This document shows, piece after piece, positions 15,001 through 24,000 of a stretch of 64,000 bases of DNA (position 1 is its first letter; each line of letters starts with the position of its first letter). The stretch is from assembly GCA_044226015.1 (NCBI GenBank), contig JBGAHS010000008.1:192001-256000 (forward strand), written 5' to 3'. This DNA comes from Candidatus Obscuribacteraceae bacterium. GTDB taxonomy: Bacteria > Cyanobacteriota > Vampirovibrionia > Obscuribacterales > Obscuribacteraceae. Under the pieces are notes generated by a model, which was not told the DNA's origin, did not search any database, and was given only the letters and a program-made list of their open reading frames with translations. Position numbers and translations under genes: made by a program.

Positions 15001-18000
15001 TGCCGACAGAATCGGCATCAGAGCATTCAACGGCAGCATAGTCGGAGCCGGCGGCAGCTTGAGCGCAAATCAGATTGCGTTGCGCGCAACAGCCAATGTT
15101 GGTTCACCGCTACAAATCCTCGGCAATAGCACGTTAGGCGCTCAAGGTGGAACTGGAGTCAACCTCGTATCAACAGGCGACATGACGGTCGACGCCGTCA
15201 CGGTAGGACCAGTTTCAGCAAGCGGCATAGTCTCTGGCGGCAACGTTACTGTAGCTCTGGCTTCCAACAAGAACCTTCAATTGAACAGCGCCATCAGCGC
15301 ACCGGGTCAAACCATTCAATTGAATGCAGACAAGCTGAATGGCTGGGCAGCAACCCCGACCCTGATAGACGCAGGCACCAGCGGCGCTGTCGTCATCAGC
15401 ACCGCTAGCACAACCCAGAATATTCAAGTTGGTGGAACTTACATCAGCACGACACAGCTGGGTCAAATCAAAGCTCTAGATCTGCAAATCGGCGAAGTTG
15501 GTGTTTATAACGGCAATATCAGCCTCGGAGCTGACCTCACAACTGGTGCACAACCAGCTGGACAGGCAAGCGGCTCTTACAACTTCGCACTGGTCACTAA
15601 AGCTTCTATCGACACAAGTGGTCACTCCATCACTATAAATGGAAATGACCTCATCTTGAATGCCGACACTTCAGTAACCGCTGGCAAAGTAGTCGGTACT
15701 GGCGGAAACATCAGCATATTCGGCAAGAATGCTGGCATAACCCTCACCGACACTCTCACCACAGCTGGCGCTGGCGACATCAGCCTCAGCGCACAGGGTG
15801 GCACCATTGACGGTGGCATCAAGGCACTAGCGGCTGGCTCTGGAACCGTCTCCGTTGTCAATACAGCCGGCAACATTACGAACCTGGGCAGCATCAGCAG
15901 CGCAGGACTGGTAGGCGTTGATGGCTCGACAGGTGTAGCACTGGCAGGCACCATCGATAACACTGCCAGCACAAGCAACGATATTGTCAGCATCATCAGC
16001 GCAGGCGGAGCAATCAGCGGCGGACAGAACATCAATTCCAACGGCGCGATCAGCGTCACTACCCTAGCTGCTGGCGCTATCACTGTGGGTGCACTGGACA
16101 ACTCCACTGGCAACGGCTCGGTCACTGTCAACTCGGCTGCCGGAAGCATCTCAGTCGGACAGATTAAGAGCACCAATGCAATCACTTTAGGCAATCTAAC
16201 AGGAGCGCAAGGTGTAACTCTGAACGGCACCGTCAGCAACGCAGGCGGAACAGGCGACATCAATATTTCGACCAAGTCGGGCTCAATTGACGGCACATTC
16301 GATGTAAGCGCAGCAGGTTCTTTGTCAATCAGCAGTGCTGGAAATGTCGGTAAGAATGCCGCGCTGGGTAACCTCAGTGCTGGTGGCGGAAGCAACTTCT
16401 TGTCCATTAGCTCAGCCGGTGCAATTGCGGCAGGCAAGCTCACAAACGCTGGCGGATTCATTCAAGCGAACACAAGTAGCACCACTGAAGCTGTGACTTT
16501 GGGCGACATAAGCTCCAAGGCTTCGACCGGCGGCACAGTAATCATCTCCGGTGGCAGCAACATCAGCACTGGAGCGATCGACACCCAGGGTACGAGTGGC
16601 GACGGCGGCGACGTCAACGTCAACAACAGCACAGGACTGACCCTTGTAGGCGGTTCCATCACAGCAGATGGAGCAGCAAGCGGCGGCTCTGGTGGTGCAG
16701 TTGGGCTCTTTGGTAAGGGCGTCACCGTCAACGGTAGCATCAGCAGCAAGGGATTTGGCGGAGCCAATGTCGGCGGCTCAATCAGCATCGACGCACTCAC
16801 AGGCTCAACCCAAGTTGATGGAAGCATCAACAACAGCACCACGGGCACCGGCGGAGTGAATGGCACAATCGCTGTTGTCTCCAACCCCGGTCTGACAGTG
16901 AACGGTTCAACAGCCGGTGCAAACGTCATTAAGGGACAAGTCATCTCTAGCGGAAGCGTCACGCTGCAATCCATAAACGATGTGATACTGGCTGGCGCAG
17001 GTGACGCAGTCGTAGCAAGAGACATCGGCATCGAGAGCAGTGCTGGCGCAATCAAAGCTGCAGCAGCTGGCGAAGGTGGACTCAATGCTTCGACCATTGC
17101 ACTCACCAGCATCACTGGCATAGGCACAAGCACAGCAGCAATCAACATCACTGGTGCAGGACCGACATCAATCGGAAGCAGCACTGGTGCGGCTGACACC
17201 TTCATTGCATCGACCAATGCACTTACTGTAGACAACACGAATGTCCTCGGCATAAGTGCCAATGGCGTAAGCGGCAGCGGTGACGTGACGATCTCGGTAG
17301 GCTCTGGCAACCTGCACGTTAACGCGGGCTCGACCATCGCCTCTGGTACTAGCAACTCCATTACGTTGAATACCAACTCAATCAGCGTTGGAGCAGGTGC
17401 TTCGATTAATGCTGGCGTCCTCGGCACAGTCAACTTGAGACCAACGACCGCGAGCACAGCAATCAACCTGGGTTCCGGAGCTTCTGGACTGATAGTCACA
17501 CAGGGTGTCCTAAACGTCATCACGGCTAAGACACTGAATGTCGGCTCCAGCAGCAGCACGGGAGGCATCAACGCCAACTCTGCTGTCGACATTTCGGGAC
17601 TCTATGACCTCAACCTAACACAAGGTACTGGCGGTGCTATCGATACCAGTGGTGGCGCTATCACCATCGGCAGCCAGGCACTCACAGTTCTCACGCCAGC
17701 AGGCATCACCCTTGGTGCTGTCAGCGGCACAAGCGGCACAGTCGACCTCATCGGCAGCACCGTTGACTTCAAGGGCAATGTCAATCTAAATGCAGTTGGC
17801 AGCAAACTGACAGTTGGCAGTGGCGGTGACGTGACTCAGACAGTTGGAACAACGCTAACTGCCAGACGCATCGACATCAACGTCACCAGTGGCAACATTG
17901 GCGGCGCTGGAAGCATCGCAACTTCTACCGGTGTGCTCAACCTGCTCACCTCACTCTCCGGAAATGCGAAGGTGACAAACTCTGGCGCTGGCAGCGTTAC

Positions 18001-21000
18001 GCTCAACTCAAGCACATTCGGTAGCTTGACCTTCAGCAGCGACGACACAATTGATGTCGGCAGCTCTGGCGTCGCAGGTTCTGCGGTCTCTCTGAGCACC
18101 ACTGCAAACAACGGCAACATCAACGCCCTCAACGGCTCGATTTCGTCGAGTGCTGGCAATCTAGATTTGACAGCCAATGGCTCTGGCGCAGTCACTGTCG
18201 GAACCAACCGCTCAGTACAAGCCGTAGGCGGCGACGTCAACATTAAGTCGGATAGCATCACGCTGCAAGGCAAGGCGCTCATCACTGACACGGCAGCCAT
18301 CATCAGCGGCAACAATGTCAACTTCACTGGCAACACCGCGAACGGCACCTTCACCTCCGGTGCAATGTTGATCAGCAACTCAGGAACCGTAACCGCTAAC
18401 ACCGGCAACATCAACGTGAACAGCGCATCTAATCAGGATATGCAACTCACAGGCGATGGCAATGGTAACTGGAACGCCACAACCTCCAATGCATCGATTA
18501 ACTTCACCGCTTCGGCAAATGGCAGCCTGAAGCTAGGACTCGGCGACCAGACATTCACGGTCGGACCTAATGGCTCGCCTGGTGGCTCAGTCAACTTCAC
18601 AGCCGATGGCTCAGAAACGTCTACAGTGCAAATTCTGCCAGGCGTGACATATCAATTCCCGAACGATTACACACATGTTGTAGTCAACGTCGGTCAGTTC
18701 CTCGGCAACCCATCGCAATTCAACATCCATCCATCTGGTGGCAACCCGAACTCTACATTGACGATCCAGGGCAAATTTAGCGGCACCATCGCTAATAGCA
18801 CTGGACCAATCGATCTCGGCAACATCACAAACTTGAACTTTGCTGGACCAATCGCAATCTTGTCTGCAACAGATATCTTCTCTAGCAGCAGCAGAACAAT
18901 CACCGTCACTTCAACAGTGACCAATAATGGTGGCTCTCTGACAATGATTGCCGGTTACGCGTTCACACCTACAACAGTCGGAACCATCGGACCGACCGGT
19001 CAGGAATACACACTCGATGTTCCAAACTCGAAGGGCGGCAACATTGACCTCTCCAATGTATCTATTGATACAAGAGGACAAAACATCGGTGGCAACGTCA
19101 ACCTGGCAGCCAACGGAAGCATAACGCTGAGCAACATCGACACCCGTGCAACCGGTGCAAATGGACCTGGTGGCAGCATAACTGTCTACGGTAACGGCAT
19201 CACTGCTAACGGCACAATCAACACAGCCGGAACGGGTACTTCATCTAGTGGCACAGTAACCTTGAGTTCAGGCGCGGTAAGTGCAGTAAACGGAACCACA
19301 ATTCAGGACGGTTTCGTGACCAGCGCTGGCGGCTTCACCGCTGCATTCAGCGTACCGAGCACGACTGGATCACTGAGCACCGGAGCCAGCAGCAGCATCA
19401 ATGCTGGCAGCGTCAACCTGAGTGCTGGTTCAACAACACTTGCAGGTTCCATCACTGGAACTGGCGTCAACATCGCTAGCAACACCCTCTCGTCCACTGG
19501 CACTATCAATGCTGGAACAGGTACGGTCCAAATACAGACCGTGACTGCAGGACGCGGCATTAACCTGTTGAGCACAGGAACGGGCACACTCGATCTCTCG
19601 AACGGCACGCTCTCCTCCATTAGCGCTAGCAAGTTGATTATCGGTTCAGCCTCGGCAAGCGGAGCAATCACCTTGGGCGGCGCACTAGACATTAGCTCGA
19701 AATACAACCTCGAGCTGAGACAGGGCGGCGCTGGCGGAACGGTGACAACAACTGGTCAGACGATCAGCCTGGGCAACAAGGCGCTCAGCATCGCTGCCGG
19801 TGGTGCAGTGAACCTCGGAACTTACACTGGCAGCGGCAGCGCTGTTGATATAAGTGGTTCGTCAGTTACATTCAATTCAGCTGCTGGTAACGCGTCAGAC
19901 ACTACATCGGTAGTAGCAACGAATGGCAACATCGGCGGCGCTGGTGCACTGACGTCGAACGACCTCTCGCTTGCTGCAACCAATGGCAGCATCGGTATCG
20001 CTGGCACCCCATTCCTGACAGTGAACAACGGCAAACTGCATGCAGGTTCCGTCGCTAGCAACAGCGGCATCTACATCAACAATACCGGCAACATCACTGG
20101 CTTGACAGCATTCACGCTGGGGGCAGTTGACCTGCGCAGCAGTGGTGGAGCTACGCTTGATGGCACCGTCCACGGTGACACAGGTGTTATATTGAATATG
20201 ACGACCGGCAAACTCGACAATGCTGGCTTCCTCATCTCATCCACAAATACACCAATCGCAATCACAACAGACAGCATCGCACTGAGCGGTACAACATCGA
20301 TTGATGCAGGAACGAGCACGGTGACCATAACACCGACAACTGCAAGCCGTGCCATCAACCTTGGCACTGCAACAGGCGGACTGGACATCAGTGAAGCTGC
20401 ACTCAACTCTATCTCTGCGAAGACCTTGACTATCGGTTCAACTACCACAACCGGCGGCATCACCGTTGGTGGTGCGCTCAACATCACCGGACCGTACGAC
20501 CTTAACCTGATTCAGGGTGGCAGTGGAGCTTACACAGCAAGCAATGCAATCACCATCGCAAGCACAGGCGGTGCATACTCAGTTAGCACCGCTGCTGGAG
20601 CAATCAATTCTGGCAACATCACCAACAATTCCACAACGAATTCGAAGGTGCTTCTGCAAACTGGTACAGCCAACATCAATTTGACTGCGCTGGTTCCAGT
20701 TGCCCACGACATTGAACTCATCGCAGGCGGCATCGGTACGGGTTCAACGACAGGCGCAATTAATGGATTGTCCAATGGCGCAGTCAGCGGCACTTTGACC
20801 ATCACTCCTACCTTGTCGGGCACCGATGCTGGCACAGTAGTACTGAGAGGCAACAATCTCCTCACCGGCGCTGTCGGCCAACCAACAAAGTTCGTACTCA
20901 ATGTCTCAAGCGCTGCTGGCAATGCTGGTAAGGCGGTATTCGAGAGAACAGCCACCACCGCACTCATACCAACATCCGCTAACGTCTCGCTGCAAATCAA

Positions 21001-24000
21001 TAGCACAAGCGGCAACCAGGGCACTGCTGTTCTCAGCAACGGCGGCGACCTGACTTACGCCACCACTGGTTCACCAAGCATCACAACCGGAAGCAGCGGC
21101 AAGGGAGCAGATATAACACTGACAGCAGGTTCAGTTGCAGCAGGCAAACTGGTTGTTAGCGGCAACTTGAGTGCCAACGGTGCTAGTGGCTTCGCTGGCG
21201 GTAAGCTGACTCTCAACTCCAACAGCACCACAGCCTTCACCATCGGCGCCACCAAGGCCACTAACGGCATCACTGGCAGCATGAGCGTGACTGGCACACC
21301 GAACGGCGACATCACCATCACTAACCGTGGCGGCGGCATCACTGAATCAGTTGCAATCACTAATGTTTCCAACTACAAACTGGATACAACCGGTGCAACA
21401 AACGGAACGCTATCGATTTCGAAAGCAATCACAGCTAGCAATTCAGTGACCCTCATCGCTGGTGGCTCTGGCACAATCAACCCGGGCGCTAACGTCATCA
21501 CAGCACCAACGGTAGCTCTGACCAGCGGCACCGGAGCCATAACAGTCAAGACAGCTGCAAGCACAATTTCAGCTAACATGATTGGCACAAGTGGAACGGG
21601 CGCAGTGAGCATCACCAACGCCTCGGGCAATGTGACATTGCTCGATTCAAGCGCTCGCGGAGCCTTCTCGCTCACAAACAGCACCGGAAACATCACAACA
21701 AACGCAATCACTGCTGGTGGCAACGTCACAGTCAAGACGACCAAGACCAACGCTGCTGTTGCTGTCAACGGCAATGTAACCGGTGGAGCTAGCAGCACAG
21801 TTTCACTAACAGCAAATGGAACCGGATCTATAAGTGGAACCGGAACAGTCACCGGTAAGACCGTCACTCTGACAACGGGTACAGGCGCCATCGGAACAGG
21901 TACAGCTCTCGGCACTGCACTGAAGGTCAAGGCAGTTAGCCTCTCAGCTAACACGCAAGGCTCAGTGAACCTCGACAACCTGGGCAACGGTAGTTCCACA
22001 TTCACCATCACAGCCTCAGCATCGAAGAGTTCATTCACGGTGAACTCAGCAACACCGATTGTGATTAATCCAGCGCTGACGAACGTTACCTCAGCCAACA
22101 TCACAACAAGCGGCGTCAACGCTATAACATTGAAGGCCAGCATCGGTAACACAACGACCACTACAGCCATCAATGTAAGCACAGGCTCTGGCAACATCCT
22201 CAGCTCTGGTACGCTAAGCACCACTGCAGCAGGTAACGTAACGCTCGGCACCACTGGAAGCATCGGAAGCAGCACCGCGGCAGTGAAGGTCAACTCGCCA
22301 ACACTCGCAGTGAACGGAGCTAGCCACACACTGCTGAACTTGAACTCAACAAGAACCGCTGGAGTCAACGTAACGACCGACCTGGCTTCAACAGGTATCG
22401 CAACGTTTACCTCATCTGGACCTACAACACTATTGGGCGTAAGCGGAACCAACGTTGTATTGAAGTCGGTTGGAAACACAACCTTGAATGGCGACATCAT
22501 TGCTAGCGGTACACTGAGCTTGACGGAGACAGGCAGCGGCACCACGACCATGGCTGTCGGCAAGAACATCAGCGCTGCTGGTAAAGTGACGATAACGACA
22601 GTGGGAGCAACCACGTTGAACAATGTCACGTCGACTGCAGGCGCAATCGCACTCACAGCCAAGGGAGCCCTGACTACCAACGACATAACGTCAAACTCCA
22701 CAACGTCCGGAGCAGTGACAATCAGTCAAACAGCGGTTGGCGCATCGACCTTCGGTGCAATCACGGGTCAATCAGTAACGGTAAACCTGATTCCAAACTC
22801 GAGCACCGTGAAAAATAACGTCAACTTCAATGGCGCCATCACTGCAAGCAATGGTTTGGTCAAGATTTCTGAAACTGGAACAAGCAATGCTCTGCAATCA
22901 ACAATCTTCGCGGGCGGAGCTGCAATTCAAGCCAGTGGCAACGTGACAGTGACCACGATGGGCGCAGCTAGTCTGTTGGGAGTGAGCTCTGGTGTCGGCG
23001 GAGCCGGTTCCATCACCATCACAACGAAGGGCACGACATCAGTCGGCGCACTCGATGCAAATGGCAGCACCACCACAGGATCCATCACATTGAATCAAAC
23101 CGGTGGCGGAAGCACAACGCTGAACTCTACAGCTAATGCAGATGGCGCAATCAGCATCACTAGCAGCGGAGTAACAAGCGGCGTTGGCATTCAGACAAGC
23201 GGAGCGGTGACCGCCGCAGGCAATGTCACACTGAAAGCCACTGGCAGCAATGCTGGTGTCACACTCGGTGACAACGTCTCATCGGCAAACACCAGCACTG
23301 GAACCGTAGCAATTACAGCAAGCGGTTCAGGCAATCTGACGCAGACAGCAGGCGCAGTCAGCGCTAAGACCATCACATTGACTTCGAGCACCGGTTCCAT
23401 CGGAACAGGCACCGCTCTCGGTACAGCATTCAAGGTCTCGTCACTAGCAAGTGCTTTCACACTGTCTGCTAACACCAAGGGTGCAGCAAACATCAACAAC
23501 ACCTCGGCAGTTCCAATGACGCTGTCGGCTGCAAGCACTGACGCAAACACCTTCACACTGCGTTCCAGCGGCAACCTGACTCTCACCGCACCACTCACAA
23601 ATGCATCAGCGATCGTGATTGACACGACAGCAGCAGGAGTGGGCGTAGGCAACGTCGCAATCAACGGCAGCACACTCGGTGGAAGCTCGAAGACAACGGC
23701 GGTGAGCATCAGCACCAACGATGGTGATGTGAGCGCTAAGGGCACCATCACGACTAACAATGTCTCTGGCTCTGGAGTCACCCTGGCTAGCACCACTGGC
23801 GACTTCGGAACGAAGACAGCGGCAGTGAAGATGAACACACCGAGCCTGCTCTCCGCTAATGTTGGCGGTCTGCTCAACGTGAGCAACACCAACACCGGCA
23901 GCACCACTTACGGAGCGATCACAGCGAAGTCCGTAACCCTGAGCACAGCCAACAACTCCACATTTAACGGAAACATCAGCACAAGTGGTGGAACCGGTGA

